NCBI GenBank assembly: GCA_040755455.1
Contig: JBFMAY010000041.1
Coordinates: 1-37,787 of the forward strand
Length of the DNA: 37,787 bases
Direction of reading: 5' to 3'
Source: Thermodesulfobacteriota bacterium
GTDB taxonomy: Bacteria; Desulfobacterota; Desulfobulbia; Desulfobulbales; SURF-16
In this document: positions 1 to 9,547 of the stretch, piece by piece
How the letters are laid out: every line of letters begins with the position of its first letter
Position numbering within the stretch: position 1 is the stretch's first letter
Program-made: the position numbers and the translations under genes
The notes under the pieces: generated by a model
Seen by the model: only the letters and a program-made list of their open reading frames with translations
Database searches by the model: none
Told to the model about the DNA's origin: nothing

Positions 1-683
1 TTGGCCTTGCTGTACCATTGCAGAACAATGGAGCCGTAAAACGAATTAAAAACCGTCCCGATCAGACCGGTCTGCAATGAGGTGAGGACATCCGGGATGG
101 AAAGGGGTATGGGGGCGGCACCAAGGGTTTCCAGGAATCCGGCACTGAGCGGGTCATTATCAGGCGCCCAGCATGTACTCTTTTTCAACTCCTCCACCGT
201 GGCAATCGGCACAGTGGACATGGTGTAGATAAAACCGACCTCGGTCAGGGCAATAAGCTCCAGGCCGTTTTCCGCAAAGGTCTTGTTAAAATGTTCCAGC
301 AGGCCTTGCTTGACCCAGTCCAACTCTGCATAGGAGTGCAACAGAAAAGGAATGCCCAGAACCCGGAAGTCGGGGACCACAGAGCCAATCCCGGTCATGG
401 TGAATCCGCCGCCGTTGAGCTGCCCGACCCGCATCTTGCGATACATGGCCAGATCATCCCCCATGACCCCGCCGGCATAGATCTTAAAACCCACCTCGCC
501 GTTGCTTTTGTCCTCGACTTCCCGGGAAAACTCCCGGAACCGTTTGGTCCAGACGCTGCCTTCCGGCGCCAGGGTAGCCACCTTGAAAAGATATTTCGGG
601 CCGGCAGCAGCCTGGGGCGGAAAAGCGCCGACCAAAGCCATGATCACGAGCGCGACCTGGACAATTCTGAGTAAGCGAGGCAT
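1..683 (-). CDS. dctP: TRAP transporter substrate-binding protein DctP/TatP (3' end runs off the window)
   Basis: Hand translation from ATG at 683 (RBS CAGGAG): MPRLLRIVQVALVIMALVGAFPPQAAA-GPKYLFKVATLAPEGSVW...IYAGGVMGDD..MYRKMRVGQLNGGGFT...PDVLTSLQTG; signal peptide plus DctP-family motifs; lies directly downstream of tatT. Confidence 0.9.
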   Translation of the reverse strand, partial: MPRLLRIVQVALVIMALVGAFPPQAAAGPKYLFKVATLAPEGSVWTKRFREFSREVEDKSNGEVGFKIYAGGVMGDDLAMYRKMRVGQLNGGGFTMTGIGSVVPDFRVLGIPFLLHSYAELDWVKQGLLEHFNKTFAENGLELIALTEVGFIYTMSTVPIATVEELKKSTCWAPDNDPLSAGFLETLGAAPIPLSIPDVLTSLQTGLIGTVFNSFYGSIVLQWYSKA

Positions 684-825
684 GGAAATGCTCCTGAAGA
701 TAATGACGAAAAGGGAATATAAGTAAAAAAACCAATAAAGATGGCCTCCTGCGAAGTTCCCAAGCCAGGCAGTAACCGACGGGACATTTCCATCCCGTCG
801 CAGCCGCAGATTTCTCAGCATGCCA

Positions 826-1680
826 TCAGAAATAAAGATCAACGTCTGCCAGCAGCTGGCCGGCTCTTTTTTTCGCCACCTGATTGGCCAGAGCGAAGTC
901 AGGCCTTGACTCAAGCGGAAAATCCAGAACCTCCCCCAGCAGCTGCTCAAAGAGATCCCGGTCAAAAACAGTTCTGGCATAGGTCTCGGCGAATGCCACC
1001 TGGGCCGGGAGGAACTGATGGGCGCCGAGCTCGAGCGCTCGCTCAAAATGAACACGGCTCTCCGCAGGTTTCCCGCCGAGCATCTCCGACCTTGCCCCAT
1101 AGTAGGAGCCGAGGAAAAGATGGGCCGCTCCATGGTAATATGCCTCATCAAGCTGCACGACCCTCTTCATTATCTCCTCCACCTTGACAAGGGCGGCCAG
1201 GGAGGCCGGGGCCCCGGCCTGATATTGCAGCCACAGAGCCCAGCCATATCCTCCCCAGAAAAGGGACGGCACATCGCTTTTGGAACAGGAGGCCAGGGCG
1301 CCATGCAGATCATCCAGTGGATAGCCTTTATCCGCGGCAAGATGCAGGCAACCGTTCAACAGGTCAAGGGCATAGTTCCTTGCCTTTTCACTCAACAGAG
1401 CGGCTCGCTCCATCCTGCCGCAGGCGGCCAGGGCCGTGGTATAGGAACTGTAGGACTGGGTGGCGGTCAAAAGCAGCCGCCTGTTTACCGGATTGTCGGC
1501 AAGCAGACTGTCAATCATCAGCAGATAGGCCGGCGCCCCTTCACAAACCAGTTGCAGATCGGTCTGTTTCTGCAGGTTGTCAACGGCCGGCTCAACCACC
1601 GAACTGACCACCAGAGATGTGCAGCCGGCAAGCAGATAAATGGCCACACTGCCCAGGATAAACTGTTTCAATTTTCCCAT
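826..1680 (-). CDS. TRAP-associated TatT-family TPR-like lipoprotein
   Basis: Lipobox LLAGC; helical repeats; YYHGAAHLFLGSYY..R..MLGG.PAESR.HFERAL and NQVAKKRA motifs typical of TatT; upstream of dctP. Confidence 0.85.
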   Translation of the reverse strand: MGKLKQFILGSVAIYLLAGCTSLVVSSVVEPAVDNLQKQTDLQLVCEGAPAYLLMIDSLLADNPVNRRLLLTATQSYSSYTTALAACGRMERAALLSEKARNYALDLLNGCLHLAADKGYPLDDLHGALASCSKSDVPSLFWGGYGWALWLQYQAGAPASLAALVKVEEIMKRVVQLDEAYYHGAAHLFLGSYYGARSEMLGGKPAESRVHFERALELGAHQFLPAQVAFAETYARTVFDRDLFEQLLGEVLDFPLESRPDFALANQVAKKRAGQLLADVDLYF

Positions 1681-1747
1681 GATGGGATACTATATATGGC
1701 AATTTAAAACTCTGCAAGCACTGTGCAAAATCCCCGTCTTTAACACT

Positions 1748-1777
1748 TTGACATGCCGGGTGGATGCATGCTATAGT
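1748..1777 (+). promoter_or_regulatory. sigma-70-type promoter for hemL
   Basis: TTGACA-N18-TATAGT with extended -10 TG, about 80 bp upstream of hemL. Confidence 0.6.
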
Positions 1778-1854
1778 GGCCGCCATTGATTCATCCGCTC
1801 TAACCGATAGTAATCGATAACGATTTCAACAAGATTCCAAGAGAAGGAGATCCC

Positions 1855-3144
1855 GTGAAAACAACGACCTCGCAATCTTTGTTTGCAGAAGCCCAGCGCC
1901 TCATCCCCGGCGGGGTAAACAGCCCGGTGCGGGCCTGTAAATCCGTGGGCTGTGATCCCCGGTTCATCCAGCGTGCCGCAGGTGCAAAAATTTTCGATGC
2001 CGACGGCAATGAATATATCGACTTTGTCTGCTCATGGGGGCCCATGATCCTTGGCCATAATTATCCGGCTATCATGGAGGCAATCCAGCAGGCCATGGCC
2101 AACGGGACCAGTTTCGGCGCGCCATGCCCGCTGGAGGTGGAACTGGCCAGACTGGTCACCGACGCCCTGCCCTCGGTGGACATGGTCCGCTTTGTCAGCT
2201 CCGGCACCGAGGCCACCATGAGTGCCGTACGTCTTGCCCGGGGCTATACCGGCAGAAAAGTGATCGTCAAATTCGATGGCTGTTACCATGGCCATGCCGA
2301 TTCATTCTTGGTCAAAGCAGGCTCCGGCATCATCACCCTCGGCATTCCCGGCAGCCCCGGGGTCCCGGATGACATCGTCAAAAACACCATCTCCATTCCC
2401 TACAATAATGAAGAAATTCTCGAAAAAACCCTGCGGAACAGCTCCCATGACATTGCCTGCGTCATTGTCGAGCCGGTGGCAGGCAATATGGGTGTTGTCC
2501 TGCCGGCCCCGGGATTTCTGCAGAAACTGCGGGACCTGACCAGCGAACTCGGCATTGTTCTTATCTTCGATGAGGTTATTACCGGATTCCGGGTCAGCTA
2601 TGGCGGAGCCCAGCAGAAATTCGGCATCATGCCGGATCTCACCTGCCTGGGCAAAATCATCGGCGGCGGGCTGCCGGTCGGCGCCTACGGCGGTAAAAAG
2701 GAAATCATGTCGCTGATTTCTCCTGTCGGACCGGTCTACCAGGCCGGCACCTTATCAGGCAACCCGCTGGCCATGGCCGCCGGAGCTGCCACCTTGAAGG
2801 CCCTGCAACAACCCGGATTCTATGAGAAACTGGACATGAAAGCTGCTGAATTTGCTGAAAATCTGCAGAAACTGGCTGACAAATATCTGGGTGAGGCTAC
2901 ACTCAACAGACAGGGGTCGGTCATGACCCTGTTCTTTGCCAAGGGCCCGATAACCGACTTCGATTCAGCCATGAAGGCTGACGCCGGTAAATATGGTAAA
3001 TTTTACCGGGAGATGCTTGATCAGGGAATCTACCTGGCTCCCTCCCAATTTGAGGGCATGTTTATCTCGGCAGCCCACAGCAGCGAAGATCTGGCGAGAA
3101 CCCTCGAAATGACTGAATGGTCATTCAAAAAAATACAAAATTAA
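1855..3144 (+). CDS. hemL: glutamate-1-semialdehyde 2,1-aminomutase
   Basis: IPGGVNSPVRA, SGTEATMSA, GCYHGH, FDEVITGFR, GKIIGGGLP, YQAGTLSGNPLA; GTG start with AGGAG RBS. Confidence 0.98.
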   Translation: MKTTTSQSLFAEAQRLIPGGVNSPVRACKSVGCDPRFIQRAAGAKIFDADGNEYIDFVCSWGPMILGHNYPAIMEAIQQAMANGTSFGAPCPLEVELARLVTDALPSVDMVRFVSSGTEATMSAVRLARGYTGRKVIVKFDGCYHGHADSFLVKAGSGIITLGIPGSPGVPDDIVKNTISIPYNNEEILEKTLRNSSHDIACVIVEPVAGNMGVVLPAPGFLQKLRDLTSELGIVLIFDEVITGFRVSYGGAQQKFGIMPDLTCLGKIIGGGLPVGAYGGKKEIMSLISPVGPVYQAGTLSGNPLAMAAGAATLKALQQPGFYEKLDMKAAEFAENLQKLADKYLGEATLNRQGSVMTLFFAKGPITDFDSAMKADAGKYGKFYREMLDQGIYLAPSQFEGMFISAAHSSEDLARTLEMTEWSFKKIQN

Positions 3145-3223
3145 TTTGAAAATCGTTGACTTTGGTCTAAAACCGTGCTAATTGCAAATTCAAGCTGGCT
3201 TTGGGCTTCTCAGGGAAATTGAT

Positions 3224-3448
3224 ATGTCCGGAAACCGCAAGGAGTGGATGAAGCTGATGAGTGTGTTCGGCACCATCGGCCTTCATATGTGTGCCAGCAT
3301 ATTCATCGGGTTGGGTATCGGCTATTATCTGGACCACAAGGTATTCCATGATAAGACGAGCCCATGGCTGACCCTTATATTTTTAGCATTCGGTATCGTT
3401 GCAGGATTTAAGAACCTCTATCAGATATCAAGACGCAAGGATCTGTAA
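3224..3448 (+). CDS. atpZ: AtpZ/AtpI-family small membrane protein
   Basis: G..IGYYLD...PWLTLIFLAFGIVAGFKN motif; first gene of Fo cluster; ATG 3224 chosen over the track start. Confidence 0.85.
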   Translation: MSGNRKEWMKLMSVFGTIGLHMCASIFIGLGIGYYLDHKVFHDKTSPWLTLIFLAFGIVAGFKNLYQISRRKDL

Positions 3449-3873
3449 TGAAAAGCGTTGCAGCAGAGGGTCAAAACGAATTCCTGATTCATCGGGTTGA
3501 CATACTGAGCTGGGTTATCGTGGTATTTTTTTCGGTGCTTGCCTGGCTGTACTATCCAGTCCTGATAGCGAAAAGTGTATTAATCGGCGGTCTGGTGGCA
3601 AATATCAGCTTCTTTTATCTGAAAAAGGACCTGAAAGACTTCCTGCAGGGAAAACTGCTGCACAGCGGCAAGATACAAAGGGCCAAATACAAGTTTTATC
3701 TGAAATATTATGCCAGGCTGAGCGCCATCGCTCTTATCCTGTATATTCTGGTCAGCCGGCAGATTGTTCATCCATTAGGGTTATTAATGGGCCTGTCCGT
3801 GGTGGTTATCAGCATCGGCATCACCATGGCGAGCGTAGTTAGAAAGTTTTATTTCACGGCCAAAGAGGCTTAG
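3448..3873 (+). CDS. atpI: ATP synthase protein I
   Basis: Four hydrophobic segments; between atpZ and atpB; TAATG overlap. Confidence 0.8.
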   Translation: MKSVAAEGQNEFLIHRVDILSWVIVVFFSVLAWLYYPVLIAKSVLIGGLVANISFFYLKKDLKDFLQGKLLHSGKIQRAKYKFYLKYYARLSAIALILYILVSRQIVHPLGLLMGLSVVVISIGITMASVVRKFYFTAKEA

Positions 3874-3882
3874 GAGAAAATC

Positions 3883-4605
3883 ATGGAACATCCGATACTG
3901 TTTATTTCAGTGGTTCTGCAGGCGCTGGGCCTCCCAGTTCCCCATACACTGGTCGGCGAGACGCTGCTCGCCAAACTCGTGTCCCCGCATCTGACCTATA
4001 CCTGGTTGGTGATGGCCTTTTTGATTATCATGCCTAAACTGACCCTGGGGAAACTGGAACTGGTTCCCGACGGCAAGCAGAATTTCTGGGAAGTCTGCGT
4101 CGGCGGGCTGGAAAGCTACATGGCCGACCAGATGGGCGCCGAGCGGGCGGCCATGATGTTTCCGATGATTGCCACCTTTGCCTTTTACATCCTGGTGGCA
4201 AACCTGATGGGTCTTATGCCGGGTTTCATGTCTCCCACCTCAAACCTTAATATCACCCTCGGCATGACCCTGATTGTCTGGGTAACCCATCATATTCTCG
4301 GACTCAAGTATCATGGCATCAAATACATCAACCACTTCACCGGTCCCATGGTGGCGCTTATTCCCCTGATGCTGCCCATCGAGATAATCAGTAACCTGGC
4401 CCGTATTCTCTCACTGTCCATCAGGCTTTTCGGTAACATTATGGCCAAAGAGACACTGCTCGCCATTCTCTTCATGCTGTATGGCGCCTTTTTCGGCCCG
4501 CTGCCGATTCTCTGCCTCGGTGTTCTGGTTTCCGTTGTTCAGACCATGGTTTTCGTTCTGCTGTCCATACTGTACTGCACAGGCGCCATGGAGCATGCCC
4601 ATTAA
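3883..4605 (+). CDS. atpB: F0F1 ATP synthase subunit a
   Basis: NLMGLMPG..SPTSNLN, ILSLSIRLFGN, Q..VF..LS..Y, ending EHAH. Confidence 0.97.
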   Translation: MEHPILFISVVLQALGLPVPHTLVGETLLAKLVSPHLTYTWLVMAFLIIMPKLTLGKLELVPDGKQNFWEVCVGGLESYMADQMGAERAAMMFPMIATFAFYILVANLMGLMPGFMSPTSNLNITLGMTLIVWVTHHILGLKYHGIKYINHFTGPMVALIPLMLPIEIISNLARILSLSIRLFGNIMAKETLLAILFMLYGAFFGPLPILCLGVLVSVVQTMVFVLLSILYCTGAMEHAH

Positions 4606-4670
4606 TCGCTTAAAAGAAAAGATTGAGATCTTTACATAAGAAAGAAGGCCAAAATTAAAACGTTTCTTAA

Positions 4671-5030
<360 letters not shown>

Positions 5031-5058
5031 TTCCGAAAAAGCTGTCTGTTAGTATTGG

Positions 5059-5090
5059 AAAAGGCCGCAGAGGTATCTGCGGCCTTTTTT
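5059..5090 (+). terminator. rho-independent terminator after atpE
   Basis: AAAAGGCCGCAGA-ggta-TCTGCGGCCTTTTTT. Confidence 0.9.
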
Positions 5091-5111
5091 ATTGTCTCGC
5101 GCCGCCCGCAC

Positions 5112-5834
5112 ATGTCTGACACCGTGATCGAACCATCCCGCCTGCAAGGTGAAGCAGCCATCACCGGACCTGTTCTCCTCTTCGTTAATCCCGGGGACTC
5201 TGCCCGTATTATCAAAGCAGCAAGAGAACTCAACGGCAAAAAGCATTTCCTGTTTCACAGCAACCTGTTCGAAATTCCCGGCCAACGGCCAATCTTCTGG
5301 GCTGGTCCGGCCCTGGGCGCCCCGGCGGCAGTCATCGCTCTTGAAAAACTCATTGCCCTTGGCTGCAAGGACGTTATCGTGCATGGCTGGTGCGGCTCTC
5401 TGGTGGCCGGCTTACAAGCCGGTGCTGTTTTTCTGCCCACCTGGGCCTTGAGCGAAGAAGGGACATCCGCCCACTATCCCCTTGCCTCACCTCCTGCCCC
5501 TCATGGGGATTTGTCCCGGCAACTGGCCAAATTCCTGCGGCAATGCGGTTATGCCGTGCAGGAAGGGCCCATATGGACCACTGACGCACCCTATCGCGAG
5601 ACCAGGAAAAAGGTGCAGGACTATGGCCGTCGGGGCATTATGGCAGTTGACATGGAATTTTCCGCCCTCTCCACCGTGGCGGCATACCGGGGCGTAAATC
5701 TTACTGCGGCCATGCTTGTTTCTGACGAACTGTATCATGACGCCTGGCGGCCGATATATGCCAGCAAGGCATTTCAAAAAAAGAGCCTGGAAATCTTTCT
5801 TGCCCTGTCAAGCTTTGCTTGCAATGTTGCCTGA
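5112..5834 (+). CDS. nucleoside phosphorylase (PNP/UDP family)
   Basis: GAPAA...EKLIALG, G.CGSL, EEGTSAHY, WTTDAPYRET, AVDMEFSA, VSD; ATG 5112 chosen because the track start lies in the terminator region. Confidence 0.9.
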   Translation: MSDTVIEPSRLQGEAAITGPVLLFVNPGDSARIIKAARELNGKKHFLFHSNLFEIPGQRPIFWAGPALGAPAAVIALEKLIALGCKDVIVHGWCGSLVAGLQAGAVFLPTWALSEEGTSAHYPLASPPAPHGDLSRQLAKFLRQCGYAVQEGPIWTTDAPYRETRKKVQDYGRRGIMAVDMEFSALSTVAAYRGVNLTAAMLVSDELYHDAWRPIYASKAFQKKSLEIFLALSSFACNVA

Positions 5835-5962
5835 TCAACAGTAAGTATTGGATCTACACATGCACCGCACCATATGCTGACCGGGAGCAACTCTCCGTTA
5901 TTGCCATCCTGACCGTGCCGATAAACACCCCTATCATGACAACCGCACAACTCGCCGCTTAA

Positions 5963-7318
5963 ATGAATATGGTCAAAAATCTCTATATGGTCAGCCTTGG
6001 CTGCCCGAAAAACCTGGTTGATTCAGAGGTCATGCTTGCCCTGCTTGAGGCCGCCGGATACCAGGTATGCCAGGAACCGGATCAGGCGGACCTGCTGCTG
6101 GTCAACACCTGCGGCTTTATCCAGCCGGCGGTGGAAGAGGCCATTGATGAAATTATCCTCCTCGGGCAATACAAGGATAAAAAACCAGGAGTCAAGCTTG
6201 TGGTGACAGGCTGCCTGGTGCAGCGCTATGATAAGGAGTTGCCCAAGGAATTTCCCGAGGTCGATCTCTTTGTCGGGGTGGACGGCTTCCACCACATAGC
6301 GTCCCTTGTGGCTGATTTGGACAAACAACACAACCGCCTCATTGTCCCCGCGTCGCGCTTTCTCATGAACTCGGCCATGCCCAGAAAGGTTTCCACCCCG
6401 CCGCATCGGGCCTATCTTAAAATTTCCGAAGGCTGCTCAAACCGATGTTCTTACTGCCTCATCCCTTCCATCCGCGGCCCCCTGCGCAGCCGGCCAATGG
6501 CTGACCTGGCAAGAGAAGCGGCAATACTCGCTGAATCGGGTGTCCGGGAACTCACCCTGGTCGGCCAGGACGTTACAGCCTACGGCATTGATCTAGGCAG
6601 TAAAAAAGCAAACCTGCCGGCATTGATCACCACTCTTTTAGACTCGTGTCATGCAGACTGGATCCGCCTTCTTTATCTCTACCCCAACCGCATCAGCAAT
6701 GATCTCCTGGCGCTCATGGCAGATGAGGAGCGCTTGCTCAACTATCTGGATATCCCCCTGCAGCACATCAGCAGCAGAGTGCTCAAAAAAATGAAGCGGC
6801 CCTTCACCGGCCGCCAGGTGCATGAACTGCTGGAACGCATCCGCGCCAAGGTGCCGGATGCTGCCATCCGCACAACCTTCATTGTCGGTTTCCCGGGTGA
6901 AACGGACCAGGACGTGGAAGAACTGGCCGGTTTCCTCAAAACGTATCGACTGAACAACGTGGGCATTTTCACCTATTCGAATGAGGAAGGATGTGCGGCG
7001 GAACATTATGCCGAGCAGTGTGCGGAGGAAATCAAACAACAACGGTACGATTATCTGATGGAGCTGCAGTCACAGATTTCCCTGGAGAAAAACAGAGAGC
7101 TTGTCGGCAGGACAATCCCTGTTCTCGTGGAAGGATTCAGCCAGGAAACCGATCTGCTGCTGGAAGGCAGGGCGCGGTTTCAGGCGCCTGAAATAGATGG
7201 ATGCGTCTACATCACTGACGGTCAGTGTGCAGCAGGAGAAATTGTCATGGTCAAGATAACGGAGGCGCATCCCTATGATCTGGTGGGGGTGATTGCCGGC
7301 TCATCACAGGACGCATAG
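5963..7318 (+). CDS. rimO: ribosomal protein S12 methylthiotransferase RimO
   Basis: SLGCPKNLVDSE, NTCGFI, radical SAM CSNRCSYC, C-terminal TRAM with APEIDG. Confidence 0.96.
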   Translation: MNMVKNLYMVSLGCPKNLVDSEVMLALLEAAGYQVCQEPDQADLLLVNTCGFIQPAVEEAIDEIILLGQYKDKKPGVKLVVTGCLVQRYDKELPKEFPEVDLFVGVDGFHHIASLVADLDKQHNRLIVPASRFLMNSAMPRKVSTPPHRAYLKISEGCSNRCSYCLIPSIRGPLRSRPMADLAREAAILAESGVRELTLVGQDVTAYGIDLGSKKANLPALITTLLDSCHADWIRLLYLYPNRISNDLLALMADEERLLNYLDIPLQHISSRVLKKMKRPFTGRQVHELLERIRAKVPDAAIRTTFIVGFPGETDQDVEELAGFLKTYRLNNVGIFTYSNEEGCAAEHYAEQCAEEIKQQRYDYLMELQSQISLEKNRELVGRTIPVLVEGFSQETDLLLEGRARFQAPEIDGCVYITDGQCAAGEIVMVKITEAHPYDLVGVIAGSSQDA

Positions 7319-7324
7319 GTTATC

Positions 7325-7359
7325 CTCCCCACCCTTTCTCTGCCGAGAGGGCGGGGAAG
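7325..7359. terminator. GC-rich hairpin between convergent rimO and ihfB
   Basis: CTCCCCACCCTTTCTC-tgcc-GAGAGGGCGGGGAAG imperfect inverted repeat. Confidence 0.45.
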
Positions 7360-7391
7360 ATTACGCAGAAGAAAATAGCTAAGACCTGAAT

Positions 7392-7673
7392 TCAGGAGTT
7401 TTTGTTCACACGTTCTTTCAGCTCCTTGCCGACCTTGAAGAAAGGAAGCTTTTTCGGGGGAACCTCAATTTTCTCTCCTGTTTTGGGATTCCGCCCCTGA
7501 TATGATTCATACTCCTTGATGACAAAACTGCCAAAGCCCCTGATCTCGATACTCTCCCCGGAGGCCAAGGTGTCAATCATGGTCTCCAGAATGGTGTTGG
7601 TTATTGAGCTGGCTTCCCTGTGCGGCAGATTTTCCTGCTGGGCAATGGCCTCAATTAATTCTGATTTGTTCAT
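7392..7673 (-). CDS. ihfB: integration host factor beta subunit (HU/IHF family)
   Basis: MNKSELI, IEIRGFGSF, GRNPKTGE, PFFKVGKELKERVN. Confidence 0.88.
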   Translation of the reverse strand: MNKSELIEAIAQQENLPHREASSITNTILETMIDTLASGESIEIRGFGSFVIKEYESYQGRNPKTGEKIEVPPKKLPFFKVGKELKERVNKNS

Positions 7674-7916
7674 CCTGGTCTCCCGAACGTATCAGTTATA
7701 AACAATGTTACACATTCAACACGGAACATGTAACAGCATGCTTTTATTATAAATAATCAGCAAAAATCTTTTCTTGACGACATCAGAGGCCAAACCTCTA
7801 ACCTCCCGACATTGCTCCTTTTTTCCAATCCAACGAAAATATCTTATACAGATAAATGTCGGAATGTAAAGGCATTTTACAAAAAAAATACAATTTTTAC
7901 TAAAAAGAGGGGAAAT

Positions 7917-8633
7917 CTATTTGCAGGCAAGGATCTTTTCAATATCCTTTTTGCCGATGATTCTGAATTTTCCGGTGGGCAAAGAGCCAAGCTTCAGTCT
8001 GCCATAAGCGATACGCTTTAAGGCCAGAACACGATGGCCAATGGCGGCAAACATTTTGCGCACCTGGCGTTTTCTCCCCTCATGGATAACTATCTCAATT
8101 ACGGAGAACTGGCTGGTTTCACGGAGCACCTTGAGCTGGGCAGGAGAGGTCCGGCGACCTTCCAGCTCTATTCCCTTGGCCAGGCGCTCTCTGGCTTCAA
8201 CGGAGGGGCGGCCGACAACTTTGGCCACATAGGTTTTCGTGATTTCAAAACTCGGATGCAGGATGCGTTGGGCAAGTTCCCCGTCATTGGTGAGCAGCAA
8301 GGCGCCTTCCGTATCGAGATCAAGCCTGCCGACAGGGAATACCCGCTGGACGATTCCCTGCAAAAGCGAGGTGACAATGGGACGGCCCTGGGGATCACTC
8401 AGGGTGGTGACGTAGCCTTTGGGCTTATTGAGCAGAATATAGATTTTTTCTTCAGAGGAATGGATGGGCTTGCCGTTCAGGCGAATCTCATGATCTGCGG
8501 GATCAACCTTGATCCCCATGTCGGTTACGACCTTGCCGTCGATGGAGACTCTCCCTTCGCTGATATACTGCTCAGCGGTGCGCCGGGAACCGGCCCCTGC
8601 CCGGGCAAGAATTTTCTGCAGACGCTCTTTCAT
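7917..8633 (-). CDS. rRNA pseudouridine synthase (RsuA/RluB family) with S4 domain
   Basis: ERLQKILARAG..SRR, LNKPKG, GRLDLDTEG, EGRKRQVRKM. Confidence 0.93.
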   Translation of the reverse strand: MKERLQKILARAGAGSRRTAEQYISEGRVSIDGKVVTDMGIKVDPADHEIRLNGKPIHSSEEKIYILLNKPKGYVTTLSDPQGRPIVTSLLQGIVQRVFPVGRLDLDTEGALLLTNDGELAQRILHPSFEITKTYVAKVVGRPSVEARERLAKGIELEGRRTSPAQLKVLRETSQFSVIEIVIHEGRKRQVRKMFAAIGHRVLALKRIAYGRLKLGSLPTGKFRIIGKKDIEKILACK

Positions 8634-8666
8634 TTACCGACGCGGACAAGGGGGACATCCCGCAGA

Positions 8667-9101
8667 CTATTGATAGTCTCCCCTCCGGTACTTGGCCGCC
8701 TCTACATAGGAAACCGTGGCAACCCGATCAAGAAGTCTGGCAAGAGGGTCTTCGGCCGGGAGCCTTTCCTTCAGATCAAGGATAGAGCCGGTTTCTTCCT
8801 CCAAAGCCTCAACAAAAGGCTCAAGGTCCTCGGCCGGCAGGCGAAGATCATTTAAAGCGGAACCAAATGACTCCAGGCTGCTGATCGTCGCTTCAGCCAC
8901 GGAAAGACTCTCAATACGCAAGCCAGGGGTAACCTGCCCGGCGGAAGAGACAGGGGTAGCTGAGCCGGCAGCCTCTGAGGAAGATACGGACAGCAGCTCT
9001 GCCTCCAGCAGATCTTTAAAATCAGCCCCGGATATGGGCTTCGATCTTTTCTGGTCGGATTGACCGATATTTTGTATACCCTGAAGATTGGTTATCTTCA
9101 T
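8667..9101 (-). CDS. hypothetical protein, possibly of the flagellar regulon
   Basis: 144-aa ORF with GGAGG RBS, helical C-terminus ending KYRRGDY; preceded by sigma-28-like promoter. Confidence 0.75.
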   Translation of the reverse strand: MKITNLQGIQNIGQSDQKRSKPISGADFKDLLEAELLSVSSSEAAGSATPVSSAGQVTPGLRIESLSVAEATISSLESFGSALNDLRLPAEDLEPFVEALEEETGSILDLKERLPAEDPLARLLDRVATVSYVEAAKYRRGDYQ

Positions 9102-9179
9102 CTCGTGCCTCCACTCAGCATCAAACCGCGATTTCTGGCTACTGCTTTCATTTTCAGTTTACCATAACTTCAATCTAAC

Positions 9180-9206
9180 ATATCGTCAAAAAAAAAAAAT
9201 TCTTTA
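9180..9206 (-). promoter_or_regulatory. sigma-28 (FliA)-type promoter with T12 tract in spacer
   Basis: Minus strand TAAA-GAATTTTTTTTTTTT(15 nt)-GACGATAT vs consensus TAAA-N15-GCCGATAA. Confidence 0.6.
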
Positions 9207-9476
9207 ATAAATATACGCGTAGCAACGCAGATACATAAACCACTTTTCCCGGCATGCCAATCCTTGTTGTTTGGCCAAAAACGGAAACAAAATTCATCTT
9301 TCCGGAAAATACAGTCTATTTTTCCGGAATCACACACTAACCGAACCGCACCAGCACGGCAAAGTTATGACGACAACTACTAGTAATTAATCACAAAAAA
9401 ATAGCGCAGCAGGCCATGGAACAGCTCTTGCTGTAGATTAATACGACACACCGCGCAATGCCACTACTGTTTTTTG

Positions 9477-9504
9477 TTGCTCTTGCACTGATATTATATA
9501 TAAT
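9477..9504 (+). promoter_or_regulatory. possible sigma-70 promoter of the PEP-CTERM gene
   Basis: TTGCTC-N16-TATAAT. Confidence 0.4.
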
Positions 9505-9547
9505 CACAGTTTGGACAATAAGCGACAAAAGCCTTAAGGAGTTACAA

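Noticed and set aside
1712..1730. sigma-54-like motif on minus strand upstream of tatT (TTGCACAGTGCTTGCA)
   Set aside because: The near-invariant -24 GG is TG; cannot support
3156..3184. sigma-70 promoter for atp genes (TTGACT-N17-TAATTG)
   Set aside because: Good -35 but -10 lacks the conserved final T; insufficient to call
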